Source of the DNA: the human T2T-CHM13v2.0 reference genome, Homo sapiens
Length of the DNA stretch: 64,000 nucleotides
Direction: 5' to 3' (one strand)
Assembly (NCBI RefSeq): GCF_009914755.1
Contig: NC_060935.1
Numbering within the stretch: the stretch's first letter is position 1; each line of letters begins with the position of its first letter. The position numbers and the translations under genes are program-made. Under the pieces are notes generated by a model. The model saw only the letters and a list, made by a program, of their open reading frames with translations. It searched no databases and was not told the DNA's origin. This document shows, piece by piece, positions 1-13,603 of the stretch.

Positions 1-864
1 TCTTCATGTTGTTTTACTAAATGATACTAAAAATAATAGATTGCACATACTTAGGAAAAAATCTATTTTATCCATCTAATTTTTATGTAGTATATCCTAT
101 ACATTTCATCTCATACACCAATCTTTGCTACTTAGAAGCACTTTGGGATTTCCTTCCTTTATTGTTTCAGTGAAATGACCGTGACTTTGTTGGCTTGGTT
201 GCAAGTGACACATAAGCTGAAAGAATTTTTTCTGGGTCTGGTCCTTCAACTTAATGTTCAATTACTTTGATGTTTTCACTTGGAGCTGTTGGCTCTCACC
301 TTCTGAATGCCATCATATTCCCAGAGATGAATGGTTACTTTGCTGATCGAGATGGAAAAATGCTTTGGGTGACCCTTATTTTACCTAAGTTACATCATTG
401 AGGAGATACTGTCTATGAAAAGAAAAGATGAATAATCTTAGCTCTGTCATGGAAACTATTCATTAAACACACACATGCTCCATAACCGCATGTGCCAGAG
501 CCTGTACCTGATGGGCACTGGAGAGGAAGCAGTGAATACGACAGACACATGCACCTTCCTTAAATCTCAGCACCCCCCGGCCCAATGGGCCTGCCATGGA
601 TGACAAGGCCTGGAGGAAAGGGTTCCTCTGTAGTCTCTCTCTCCTCTTGTTCCCTCATAATCTCACTATTTTTTCCCTGCCCAAGTCTGATTCCCTTTCC
701 CCAAAACCCCCAGATGTCTCCATCAGAAGGTGGCTCCAAAATTCATGTAGCTCTACCTAAAATCTCCGTAGGTATGGGAAAGCTATGGTAAAAATCTGAA
801 TGAGGCCAATTTATTAGTGGGCAATGAAATATTATATGATATTATTTAACAATGAAAACAAAAA

Positions 865-1078
865 ATAATGAGCACTTATTAAACATCTGTTACATGACAT
901 CTGCACTATCTAATTTAATCCAGTAACTCTTTGAAGTATTTTCATCCTAATTTTACAACAAGAAAACTGAGGCTTCTATCACACTGAGGCCCCAAGTTAC
1001 ACATCTGTAAATGCCACAGTGACAGTTTAACCCCAGCCCAGTCTAACACTCATGCCTGTGGTCCTGTCTACTGTACTA
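865..1078 (-). mobile_element. MIR
   Basis: Core attttacaacaagaaaactgaggct. Confidence 0.75.
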
Positions 1079-1824
1079 TTTGTCCTACATTTGCTTTAAA
1101 TATCAGTCTTCATAATTTACCACTTTGTAAATCTCTTTTCTCAAGTGCATTTGATAGGGATAATCAAAATTAGCTAGAGGAATTTACAGTACAACAGATA
1201 CATTGCTTTTTCTTTAAAATTTAGTTGTTTTTATGAAGAAAGCAAAAACTGTTGGGAGACATGTTTCAAAATCTTACTAATGAGGTATTTACCTGATAAT
1301 CCACAATGGCTTTGATTGCGAGGATAAATATGTGATTGCCACTCAGACTTTCAGGAAAATATATGTAATTACAAGGATTTAGCAAAGTATAAATAGAAAA
1401 TTGTTTTCCAACTCCTGGCACTAAAAATTGCAGCCCCAAGAGGCTTTGAGCTGGGATAAGCACTATATCTACCCCAAAATACCCATTACACATTAGGTAA
1501 GTGTCCCTTTGTTGTGACAACTTTCTTCCTAAAGAATAAAGAGTTTGCTGGTCTTTGATGAAGGAAAATCCCAGCCCATGGGCCCTTCCTCCTCCTTAGG
1601 CCCATCATAGCCCCTAAAAAATCAGACAGCCGAAAAGCTCCCAGTAGCAACTGTATTATGAATGATTCCAGGATCTTTTAATTGGGAGGTTCTGAAATCA
1701 AGAGATTTTTAAAATAACCAAGTCCCTGGGTGTTAAAATCCTACCAGAGACAGAAGGCAAATACCCACAAGAGGCTGACCCCTGCTGCCTTCTGACCAGC
1801 CTTCTCTAAATCCCATTGTCTATT

Positions 1825-2300
1825 CCAGAAACATTTTTGCCAAGCTCTGGGCCAGGCGCTGAGGACACAATGATGAACATGACAGCCACAGCTACTGCCC
1901 TTTGGAGCTTACACTGCAGTGGGGAGACAGGCATGAGCATCTGACTACTGCATAGGTTAGTGTTCTACCATGACAGCAACAGGCACAGAGGGAAGCAGGA
2001 GGAGCTAAGCCCAAGGACAAGGGCAGCTCCACCAGATCTCAGGGGGTCTGGGAGGTTCCATGGAGGAAGTGACATTGGAGAAACCCAGTATGATTGAGGA
2101 ACATGCAGATGCCCGGTGCGGGTAGAGGCAAGGGTAGAAAAAACCTGTGGTGGGGTAAGGCATTAGGAGCTGGATCATATAAGGTCTGAAAATGTTAAGG
2201 ACTTTAAACTTTACTTTGAAATCAATAGGAAGACACTGATGGGCTCTAAGCAAGAGAGCCCATGCTTAGGTCAAAGGTCATGCTTCAAGTGATCAAGAGC
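1825..2300 (-). mobile_element. L2 3' fragment
   Basis: ctgggccaggcgctgaggacacaatgatgaac...ctgccctttggagcttaca...taaggactttaaactttact. Confidence 0.75.
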
Positions 2301-4834
2301 CACAGTAAGCTAGTGGCTATCATGCTAGATCCTTTAAATTACTAACCTGTCTAATCCTTAAAACAGTCTGCAAAACAGGCACTCTGTGGCCATTTTATAG
2401 GTTGTATTCTTTCCACGAGGCCTCCCCACAACTGTTTTATCCCCAGCTCTGATGCTGTGAAAGGGTTTCCACCGATGACTCAGGGCAGCATTAGCGGAGG
2501 TGCAGAGCCTTCCAGTCCTTCTCCAAGACTCTTCTCAGGAATGCCCTCTTTGTGTCACCTTCTTGAGGAAGACCCAGGCTGGTTGGGCTCCTAAAGGCCC
2601 TTGGAATAAACTTTACTATGGCATTTGCCAAGCTGCAAGGGAAATGTGCGTCATAGGTGTGTGTTCCTTATGCAACTGCTACTATACAGTTTGTAGGAGG
2701 TGGCAGACAGAGTGATTCACAGGTTTAAGGGCTTACTAGCCCCTGCAGCCAGTGCACAGGCTGTGGATTAGGGGATGTCCTGAGGAAGTATGATGGGGAC
2801 TGGGTGCTCCTCTCACAGTGTGATCTCTCTGCTTCAGGAGCAATTCATGGAGTTCCAAAGGTAATGTAACCAATAGGTAATTTTCTCTTTGGGCACTAAC
2901 ATTAGGTGTTAATTCCCTGGTGCTGCTCCACTGTACGGTGCCTGGCAGTCAACTTCCCTGTCTCTGCCATATTCATTGTAAGCTCCTTGAGGCCTGGGAA
3001 GGTACTATATTCTTTCTTGTGTTTCTAGGCCCAGTAGGGTAGCCAGAAGTTAAAATAGATCTAAACACAGGAGAAATCACATCACAATAAACAGTGGATG
3101 GATCAATGAATGAATGAGTGATACAAGTCATTATAGAAAAGTTCCTATCATTCATTTTATAGCTCTGCCAGAAGGCTATATATCAGTGAAAGCCTAGTCA
3201 CCCATTCACAGCTCCCATTTGAGACTTATCAATATTTTCTTCCTCCTTGGATCAGAAAATAATAATACAATAGGTATCATTTACATATCTTGGGCAAAAA
3301 TGTGCTACAAAAGATGAACACTAAACTTTGGAATTATTTGAACCAGGATTCACATCCTCATTCTTATACAAATTGGCTGGATCACTTTCAACAAGACTTT
3401 TCTTGGGCCTTTGGCTCCATTTCCTTATCTGCAAAATTGGGAAACTAAGGGCTAATTCACATGGCAAAATTGAGAAGATGAAGTGAATCTATGGGTGAAC
3501 ACCTACAAAGGTAAACCTACTCAATACGTGCTGTTTTCTCTTTCTTACCTTCTGACCTTATATGCATGGCTACTAGAATCCCCGATACTCTCATTGGAGG
3601 ATTCCTTTACAAGAAGCTACCACCTGTGAGTCAGCCAGAAAGATTATTTTTATTTCTCTCTCTTCTTCTGTCCCTCCCCTTCCTCTCCCTCTTCTTTTCC
3701 CTCTCCAGGAGAGTCTATGAAAATGATTCCTTTAAATTCCTATTCCTTCTGCCAAGAGTTAATACATATCACACCTTCTCTGATGCACATATGTTATTGA
3801 TTAGGTACAATGAAAGAATTGCCATCATTTTGTCCATAGCTACTTGTGAAAGGAAAAAATATATTATTATTTACTTGCTTATAGTTGTCTTGGCAGTATG
3901 AAGGAGCTTCAGAAATAACTGACTTATGCTAATCCAATGTGTCAACAACCTGCTGAAACTACCTAAAAATAGAGCAGTTTTATCATCATTTTGACTCAAA
4001 TTATTGGAAGAAAAGAAAAAGAAGAGAGACATAACAAATGTGACATTCAAATGGCCTGCTTTGACCAAAAAACACAACTTCTTCCTTGAAGGCTTCAAAA
4101 AGCAACAATTTGCAAAGTTATTGATCTTTCTTTTGGCAGGGTGGTGGGGTCTTTTATTTCTGAGGATCAAGAGTTTCAAGCCTCCTTTGTGTCAGATTAA
4201 TAGCAATAATAAGTGATAATCACTTGCTACATCTAAATCTGACTAAAGCAGGTGGAGGCTGCTGTTTCTTTAGTCAAAAGGAAACCAGCATGGGGTTGAA
4301 AGAGGCAAAGTCCTACCATGTGAGTTCGCTGCGGCCCTTGGGGATTCGGGGCAGGAAGGCACCAACGCCAGAGTCCCACCCCAAGACTAGGGACTCCTCC
4401 AGGGCAGGACTGGGTCAGTCTCATCACTGTGCTCATTGGTCTCCCACCACAGAGAAGCCAAGAGCAGCCACTCAGTTTGTTGAATCACTGCTCATTCAAC
4501 AGACCAAGCCTCCAGGAATTATTTTATATGTTTAATGAAATAAGCCAGCAAGTGAAACCACGTAGCTTAAAAAGTGGCCCAGAGCCACAGTTAGCATTTG
4601 TGATCCTGGGCAGATCAGCTGACCTCTCTGAGCTTCAGTGTCCACCAACCTCGACAGAGACAGTGAGAATTAAATACGCAGTAATGTCAACCAAGTACAG
4701 AGGCCACCCTTGGCCAACATTCCATACATGCTCACCTGTAATACTATTTATATCAGTATGAGATGGGACAGCCAGGTGTGGCTGAAAGGGCAAGGATGTT
4801 TAGACTATGTCAGTCTTGCTTTCCAACTTCCATC

Positions 4835-5035
4835 CTAGTGGTTAAAAGCACAGGTTCTGCAGGCAATCTGCCTACATTTGAACCCCAGTCCTGCCATTTA
4901 CCAGCTAAGGGGCAAGTTATTTTATCTTTCTAGGCCTGATTTTCCTCATCTGAAGAATGTGGATCATAACAGCACCTACCCCACAGGGTTATTGTGAGGA
5001 GTGAATAATGCAGATAAGGAGTTTATAATAGTCTC
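4835..5035 (+). mobile_element. MIR
   Basis: tagtggttaaaagcacagg...tttcctcatctgaagaatg...cagggttattgtgagga. Confidence 0.85.
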
Positions 5036-6939
5036 TGCCATATAAATATAAGCTTTTATCACCATCGTCATCATTGTTGTCATCATCGTAGTGGGCAAAT
5101 TAATTAGCCTAATTTCTCCACATAACAACAGCTGTCTCGCGGAGATGTGTGGAGTCAATACGTTCAGGAATGACAGGTACTTGGTACACAGTAAATGTCA
5201 AATAAATGTTAGTTTTCTCCCTTTTCTTTCCTGATTCCAGTAATGATGAAGCTTTGTTGAGGGGGCTTTGGTGGTTGCAATGTACACAAGCCCATTCTTG
5301 TCTGCTTTTATTTCTTTGCAGAATCTCCTCCCCACTCTCTTTTCCCTTAACAGTCTCCGGTCCCCAGACAAAAAAAGAACAGACCACATCCTAGCTGAGA
5401 ATGAAATCATTTTTTTTTTAACTGGGAACTGTCCCTGCAGCTGGCAGGGCCAGGAGTCACTCCAAATGACACCACCAAATTACCAACGAGTCTCAGAGGT
5501 TTCCGAGAGATGCTTAAGAGCCTGGGCAAGGGTTTGCAGCACTTAACCTGCCAAAGCCTCTTCAATTGCAGCCTGTCACCCCCTGAGTTAAGTAGCGGAT
5601 GAAATCAGCATGTATAATTTCTCATCTTCCAAGGTTCAGAGGGGCGCATTACATTTCAGCATGATTAACACTGCTTTCACTTTTTTTTTCTTTTGCATTT
5701 ACCCTTCCCAAGGACCAGTGATAGGGTTCAAAGAAATGGAGAGGAACAGAGGTGGGCACTTCAATAGAACAGGTGCTCAACTTTAAGTGAAACACTCAAA
5801 CAATTGATAGCCAGGGAAAGAGATCTTCCTTTCCTCATTCTCTGCCAGATTTAGCAATTTACCAGCAAGCCTTCACAGGCTAAGAGAGAGGACAGGGTGA
5901 AGAAATAGTCAACCTCTTAAACTCAGGCTCATGTCACTCATCCAACCATCCCTCTGTCCATCCTACAAGCTCTTCCCTCTCTACCAGCTTAACTTTTATT
6001 CATCTGTAGACCTTAGCCCATATCCTTCCAGAACCTTCTCTCAACTGTGACTGGGTCAAATTCCCCCAAGATTTCACAGCTCTGAGTAGATTCACTTAAA
6101 GCACTGACCATGGTGGCAAACATCACCTTTATTTGTGAAATTATTTAATAAATGGCTCTTAGAGCTAGGTTCAAACCCAGGACTGTCTGTCTCCAAAGTC
6201 CAGGATTTTTCCAGGTGAAGCAGCTGGAGCCCTGGCCCTGGGTCTCCAGCCCACAAACCATGCAATTTTCCGTAAGCTGCTTCCTCATTCTGGGTCTGTT
6301 TCCTCATCAGTAAGAAAAAGGGTGACATTCAAACTCCCCCTGCCCTGCTTTAATTTTCTAGAATTCATCATCATGTAGGAGTGATGTGTTCAAGGGATGG
6401 CCCCAGGAAGCAAAGCCCAGCCAAGAATAGAGGCCCCAGGTTCCCTGAGCCAGGCTCCTGCTCACAGGCCATGGAGGCCAACCCTTCACATGGGCCCCCT
6501 ACGACGGAGGCCAGGGCCCTCCATACCATGACATTATCATGACAGCACAGGCTGTCACCTTCTTCCTTTCCACTGTCTTCCAACTTCACAGGTGCCTCTG
6601 TGCCTGACACCACAGCTTATCAGACTGGAGTAGAGATGGGGGCTGCTGGCCGCCTCATCTCAAGCCGTTGTGGTGGCAGCCCTCCTGGGGGAAACCTGCA
6701 CTCATTAACTATTCCCTCCATCATGCGAAGTATGAGCACCCCTGAAGTTCAGAAAAATTAAAAAATAGAAAATTTAATTAAAGCCCTCTCTGCCTAGTTG
6801 CCTTCCCCTTGGCTTATGAGGTCCTCTGAAGGAGAAAAAACAAAACTCTTTATCCTCCATGTCCATCTGCAATTCCTAAAGCGTGGGGCTTCTGTTGGGA
6901 GGAACCTGAGCCTCATGCTCCTGTCCTCTCTGTGAGTTA

Positions 6940-7560
6940 TTAGAAAACAACATAGAAGAATATCTTTGTGACCTGGAGGTCACTTCTTAAATAACTTCTT
7001 AAAACTCCTAAATAACTTCTTAAAACTCCTAAAGGCACAACTCCTATGGTAAAAAAAAAAAAAAAAAAAAAAAAGTGATAAATTTGGTAATCCCAGAATT
7101 AACGTTTTTGCTTAAAAAATTAAAATAGATGTACATAGTTTGGGAAAAGATACTTACCTAAAAGTGACAAGGGATTGGTATTTATAATACACTAGGAACT
7201 CCTTCCAATTGACAAGAAAATGTCAGGAACTCTAATTGATAAATGGACAAAGGATGTGGAGAAGTAATTCAATGAAGAGAAACCCAAAAAGCCAACAAAT
7301 GTATGTAAATACTCAAACTTATGTAGTGTCAAAGAAAGGATAAAACAAAAACAATTAAACAATAAGCTATGTGTGCACCCAGCAGATTGGCAAAAATAGA
7401 GAGCTCTGTCCCAAGTGTCAGAAGCTATGCAGGGATAGAGGATACAGGTGGCTTCATGTCAGTGTGAGTGCAGATTGGGGTAGCACTGGAGGAAAGCAAT
7501 GTGGCACTACCTAGTCAAGGTAAGTACACATGTGCTTTCTGTCCCAGGTGCACAGCCTAC
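6940..7560 (+). mobile_element. Old L1M fragment (ORF2 3' region)
   Basis: tagaaaacaacatagaagaatatctttgtgacc...aaatggacaaaggatg...cagcaattcccactc. Confidence 0.8.
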
Positions 7561-9444
7561 AGCAATTCCCACTCAGGCCCATTAGGAGGCACTGGGTGAT
7601 GCCTACTGCAGCTGGAGAAGAGTTGGGCTTGCTTCTGGTCACCGGCTGGGAATGTTGTGGGCTTGGTTCTAGGACTCTGACATGTAGAAAAAAAAATCAC
7701 CTCTACCAGTTTGGGATATGGGCCAAGACAAGATCCTAACAAGCCCTGAAACACAGTGCTCACCATTGGCTTTAGTTCTCCAAGGAATCCTCACAGCCCC
7801 CATGGGCTTCCTTATCACATATTCTAGAAGGATAAAATCTGCCTGAAGAGTTTGCCCTTCACAACATCCCAGATCTCTTTGCTTCTCTTCCCCTAGCCAT
7901 GCCCCTCCCCAGGTGTGCTTTCAGACAAGCTAGGGAACTGTGGTTCCCAAATTTCATGAGTTCCTTGAGAAAATTCACAAAGGAAATAAGATCTGTTGTT
8001 AATATGATAATTGTTGTTACTAGTGAAGTCAAGAAACCCCCTGGGGAATGCACATAGCAAATATGATCACCTACATCACCAGCCCCCTGTAATTCTGAAG
8101 AAAGAGACTTTATTTTACTTCCTGAGCTCAGAGCTACCTTTTATCCTGATGATTGGGGCAAATGGTCCCCAAACACCATTTACAAAGTGAGCAGAGATAA
8201 GAGGTAGGTGTGAATGGCAGCTGCGATGAACTGAGGAAGAGAGCCCAAGGTGTCAGGGATAGAATTTGGAGTAGGAAATGAAAGAAATCCTTTGAGAGCC
8301 CAAACAGCAGTGCTCCTGCCCTGCCTCTATCCCCCTCGTGTATAGATGAACTTCATGAGCTTTTAGAAGGGTCACCAAAAGTTTGGAATAGAAAGATTGA
8401 CTTTTGTATCATTACCCCAGCTTGTGATATATATTTTGAGTGGTGATTTTATTTTTATTTTTTCCAATCTCAGTCTCAAAGGGTCAATCCAATACTTATT
8501 AGATGGACATCCCAGGGTTTACAATACAGTCAAGACCCATATGATGGGATTTGGATGGCAGAACCATTTTCTTTTGCAGTAAAATGTAATAAGAGAATCT
8601 GCAAGAAAGGGAGTTTAAAATTATATGTTTGCAGAAGTGAATGACTTTGCTGTGTCAGAACCACACAAGCCCCTGTTCCTTTAGAAGAACCAGGGCTCTC
8701 CCTTTCCAGAGTTTCTACAGAAAATCAGCAAGGATGTGGGGTAGGGAGATGGAGCTTATCTCTCAGCTGCTATCCTTACTAATGTGTGAAACCAGAAACT
8801 GATCCTTTGCTCAGAGCCAATAATGTCAGCAGAGAGGACTAGTAACAGAATCTGGTAGAACTAGGTGTGAATGCTGGTCTGCAACAACCAGGCTTTGAGA
8901 ATGTGGACAAGTCATTTGACTTCTCTAAGCATCACTTTCCTCTTCTGTGAAATGGGAGGGGAGGGGGGAATCTTGTTTGGAAGGATATATGAGCTCATGA
9001 AGATATGGGGCTTGGCATGCAGTAGGCACTCAATAAATATCAGGTTCTACATTACTCTCCTCCTTCTTTCAAGTTAACTTAGAGAACTACACATAAGGGA
9101 GATGGATGGCAAGCCTTGGCATTGTGGATATAGCTGACTTGGACAAGGTGACTTGGGCAAGGCATTGTGGACACAAATGGACTCCACAGCCTGCTGGGGA
9201 ATCAACCGTGCAGCCAATAAAGTGTATTATTGGAGCTGTATTCAAACTGCAGATAAGAGACAACGAAATGCTTAGGATAGGAAGTTTGGGCCTGTTTTGT
9301 TCATTAGGGCAGAGTTTTTCTTAATTATGAAAAAATATATATCTAAAGACATTAAATATATGTAAAGAAAAAGAATCTTGTCTTTTTCACTGCTGTATCT
9401 GATACAACAGTATCTGATAAACAGTAGATACTCAACGCCTGTTA

Positions 9445-9792
9445 GATGCATGCATGGATGGATGGATAGATGCATGGGTGGGTTGATGCTTGGCTGGCTG
9501 GCTGACTGGATAGATGGATGAATGAATAAAGGTGTAGATGGATGCATGGGTGGATAGATGGCTGGCTGGCTGGCTGGCTGGCTGGATGGATGGATGGATG
9601 GATCGATAAATGAATGAAGGTGTGAATGGATGCATGGGTGGATAGTTAGCTGGCTGGCTGGGTGACTGGCTGGCTGGCTGGATGAATGGATGGATGGCTC
9701 GTTGAAAGGTTGGCTGGCTGGCTGGTTGGATAAATGGGTGGATAGGTGAATGAATTCATGGGTAGATACATGGGTGGGTGGGTGGATGGATA
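9445..9792 (+). repeat. Compound (TGGA)n/(TGGC)n/(TGAA)n simple repeat
   Basis: Directly visible, following an L2 3' end. Confidence 0.95.
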
Positions 9793-10776
9793 GTCAGGAG
9801 GCATTTCAAAGAGAAGGTGAGAAGAGAATCAGCAAATAAACGCAGTGAAGGAAAGAAGAAGGAGGTCGAAAGATCATATGAAATTATCAAATTCCTGTAC
9901 CTTCTCCAGCAATACAAATTATCATTTTAAAAAATGAAAACGTTTTTGTTAATCTAAAAGGTAACATATGGTGAGGTAGTTGATTCAAAAAATGAAAATT
10001 AAAAACCTTATATGAAATGTTATATAAAATATATTTGTTTTCTATAAAGGCCTGACTCACCATAGAGTCAAAAGTAAGCCCCAAGATATCATTAAGTCAA
10101 AGGCAAATATATTTATTTCAAAGCTCAAGGGCCTGATTACTAGAGATTACTTTCATTTTCATGCATTCCCAGGCAGAGGAAAGCAAGTGTTCCAGGACAA
10201 TTGGGGTGAGGGCCATCCAAGGCTGGGGCAGGAAAGCAGGTAGGAGAGGGGGGCATGCAGGCAAGCCTGGGTTGATGGACCAGGAACAATCAATACTTAT
10301 CCACAGAGCTCAACAAGTAAAAGAGGACATGACAATTTTCATGAATTCAAGCCAGCACGAAGGGTCATCTGATGATTTACCAAGATAAAATTCAAGACAC
10401 TCTTTGAGGACCGAAATCTTCAAAGATCAATCTTCCCATGCTATGACCACAATGACCCCTCCAAATCGCCTCCAACACACATGGCTATTAATACATAATT
10501 AATAGCAATACCCGTACTTTTGCAGGGATTGAGGTGGGTGTGGGGAGGACATCTGTGTCCCTATGTGGCAAAGTCATTTGTCGCCTCAATCTTTATACAT
10601 AAATTTGCACACACCCACACATCGACATAGAAACTAAGGCGATAAACATTTTACATACTGACTCCTGTTATTTAAAACTAGCATTTCAAATGGTTGCATT
10701 TAGCCCACTGAGTGAGCACAATTACTGGAAAGCCCATTTCCTTAGTGTCAGATATTAATTTCACCTTGTTTCCAAC

Positions 10777-10832
10777 TATATATATCTATATCTATATATC
10801 TATATATAGATATATAGATATAGATATATCTA
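10777..10832. repeat. TA-rich microsatellite containing a perfect 50-bp palindrome
   Basis: 10780-10829 is self-complementary about 10804/10805. Confidence 0.95.
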
Positions 10833-13130
10833 CACATAAACCTTGGATTATATCCTGAAGAGTTCAAAAATGATATCACTAAGTCATGGTATAAGCTTGG
10901 TCAAAAAGTTTTCTAAAATTTGTTTTATATGAGGATCCTAGTTTTTTCACAGGCTCACTAATAGAAATTATTACTAAGCTTTACTCTTGGTAGTTTAAGA
11001 GAAAAAAATGATAATGGGTTAATTTCTAAAATAGTTATAGTCTAGAGAAAGGCATTACTGCAGTGAAGTTTTAACAGAGTCCCAAAGTGCTTACGAAGCA
11101 GGCGAATGCGGTTGCAAGCCGGGGGTAATTAGTAAACACACACGCACTTCATGGGAGTTCTGCTTTGGCTGCAACGACGGGCAAGCCTTGAACTCCTTCT
11201 CCTTTCAAAGACTCTAATGCCACTTTGCCCTTTTTTCTGGGCATTAGTCCCTGTGGGAATTCCATGAGAAAGACTGGAAAGAAATGAGAGAGAGGGATTT
11301 CAAATATTTTCTTTGTCCAGCCCATAATAAGGATTATTCTAAATCTTTTGTCTAACACACAGAAGATATCATGACAGTTAATGAACAAGTTGATTGGTTA
11401 AATCATTCTAGTGGGGGCCTCCAATTCATTCCTAGTGAGCCTGTAATGTGTGTAAAAGATTAAAGCTGCATTTGAGGAAGGACCAAGATAGCAGATGGCT
11501 CAAAGGAGCCTCATTGATACTTTATTTTTATTACAGAAGTCATATGTTCTTATTTAAAAAATTTGGAAAAAAGAAAAAAGTAGGACAAAAACAACAGTCA
11601 TCCTATAGCTTCACAATCCATAGCCAATATTTTGATAGATTTTCAAGTGAATATACATGAATTTTATAAACTTGAAATTAGACTGTGCATAGCTCTTTAT
11701 ACTTTTTCCATTCAATATAATAAACTTTTCTAATTTAAAAAATGCACTGAAAACTTATTTAATGGTTAAAGAATATTACCTAGAGTGAATGTATGATTAT
11801 CCTCCTGTTAAGTATTTTACTTCTGAAATTTTATTTGATTTTGTTATTATTATTTCTTTCACTCAACATATATCTAACACATACCTGCCACGTAGGATAG
11901 ACCGGGTCAACAAAATAATCATAGACCCCTGCCCTTCGGAAGAAAAATGTGAAGCAATTAAGACATACACATATTTAATCAAAGCTGTATAAATGCAATA
12001 AAAGAAGTGACCTTTAAGAGGAGACCTGAAGGCCATAGGATTTGATGGGGTCGGAATGGGAGTAAGAGTGTCGCAGATGAGGGGTATATGTATGCAAAAA
12101 CCCAAGGCATTCTAGAAGGGGGCGGTGTGGCTGGCAGTAGGAAGTTTAGCATTGTGGGATCACCACAGTGGGAGGCGAGGAAAGCAGCTCTGCTTTCTAT
12201 CCTAAGGGCATTGAAAAACTACTCAAACAGTGAGAAACACAGGATGCACTTTTACATTCTAAAGGAAAAGTTGTGTTAACACCAAGAACACTGGGGGACT
12301 GGATTCCTTAGACCTGACAAGCCTTTAATTAGCAGACAGTTTGCATTCAGACTTCACTGCTGGCCAGTCTGCCTGTCTGCACACTACTGGCCACATGTAC
12401 AGTACAACAGGGAACGCATCCAATGGAAGACAAGCCCTGTCAGCTGCAGAGACTTGCAGAAGCTGTCCCTTCTCCTTTGGTGGGTTTCACCTATGTGGAT
12501 GGAGAGATATGAGGCACAAAGATAGTAGGTGAACTCAAAACAAGATCAAATACCTGTCTCTTGATGTCCTCACCCAAGATTTGTCTCAGCCTGAAAATGA
12601 ACGATTGGGCAACCTCAGCATGTAGAAAACAGGTTCAGTCTTGATCACATAGCTTTGCTAATGCTGCTCTGCTAAAGTGTCCTTTCTCTGTCTTGGGGCT
12701 ACCTGCCTCACTCCTACTTATCTTACAGTCTCAGTTTAAGCCTGGCCTGCTACTGGAAGACTTCCCTTCTTGATAGCACATTTCTCTATCCCAGCACTTG
12801 CTATAGTCTATATAATAGTCCCTTGACCTATCTATGAGCTCCCGAGGGCTAGGTACAGAATATCTGCTCAATAACTTTTCGATGAATGAATGAATGAATG
12901 AACGAACAGTGGTCCCAACATCTCCAATTTAATTCTTGTTAGAAGCTGGGCAATGTGTATGTCCCTCCCCCAGGACAAGAATGGCACCACTGCTAACTGC
13001 CTATCCTGCCCTTGCCAGGGTGGTATGTCCCCTCAGAGTGGCTCACACTCAGCCCCTCCTCCTTCCTCTCCACATGTACTCTCAGAATCTCAGGATCTGT
13101 GCTTATTCTCTATGCAGCCCCTAGTGCTGG

Positions 13131-13603
13131 TGTGGTCGGCTGAATAATGGCTCCCAATGATATCAGGTACTATCCCTCGGAACAGGGACATGTTATCCTA
13201 TTTGGTAAAAGGATCTTTGCTGATATGATAAAGTTGAGAATCTTAAAATGAAGAGATTATCCTGGATTCGCTGGTTGGAGACTAAATGCTATCACAAGTG
13301 TCCCTATATGAAAGAGGCAGAGGGAGATTTGACACAAACACACAGGCGATAACATGGAGATGGATGCAAAGTTTGGAGTACTGTGGCCACAAGCCAAGGA
13401 ATGCTGTCAGCCACCAGAAACTGGAAGAGGCAGAAACAGATTCTCCCCGGAGCCTCCAGCACAGCCCTGTTGAAAGCTTGTTTTAGCCCACTGATACTGA
13501 TTTTGAACTCCTGGCTTCCAGAACTGTGAGAGAAGAGATTTCTATTGTTCTACATCACCAAGTTTGTGGTAATTTGTTATAGCAGCCACAGGAAACCAAT
13601 GCA
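13131..13603 (+). mobile_element. MLT1D-like solo LTR (ERVL-MaLR)
   Basis: TG...CA termini (tgtggtcggctgaataatggc...ggaaaccaatgca) and a perfect 5-bp TSD gctgg at 13126-13130 and 13604-13608. Confidence 0.9.

Noticed and set aside
10140-11120. Possible old DNA transposon (also 38400-38900; possible LTR at 2420-2860)
   Set aside because: The composition is suggestive, but I could not identify termini or a family from memory.
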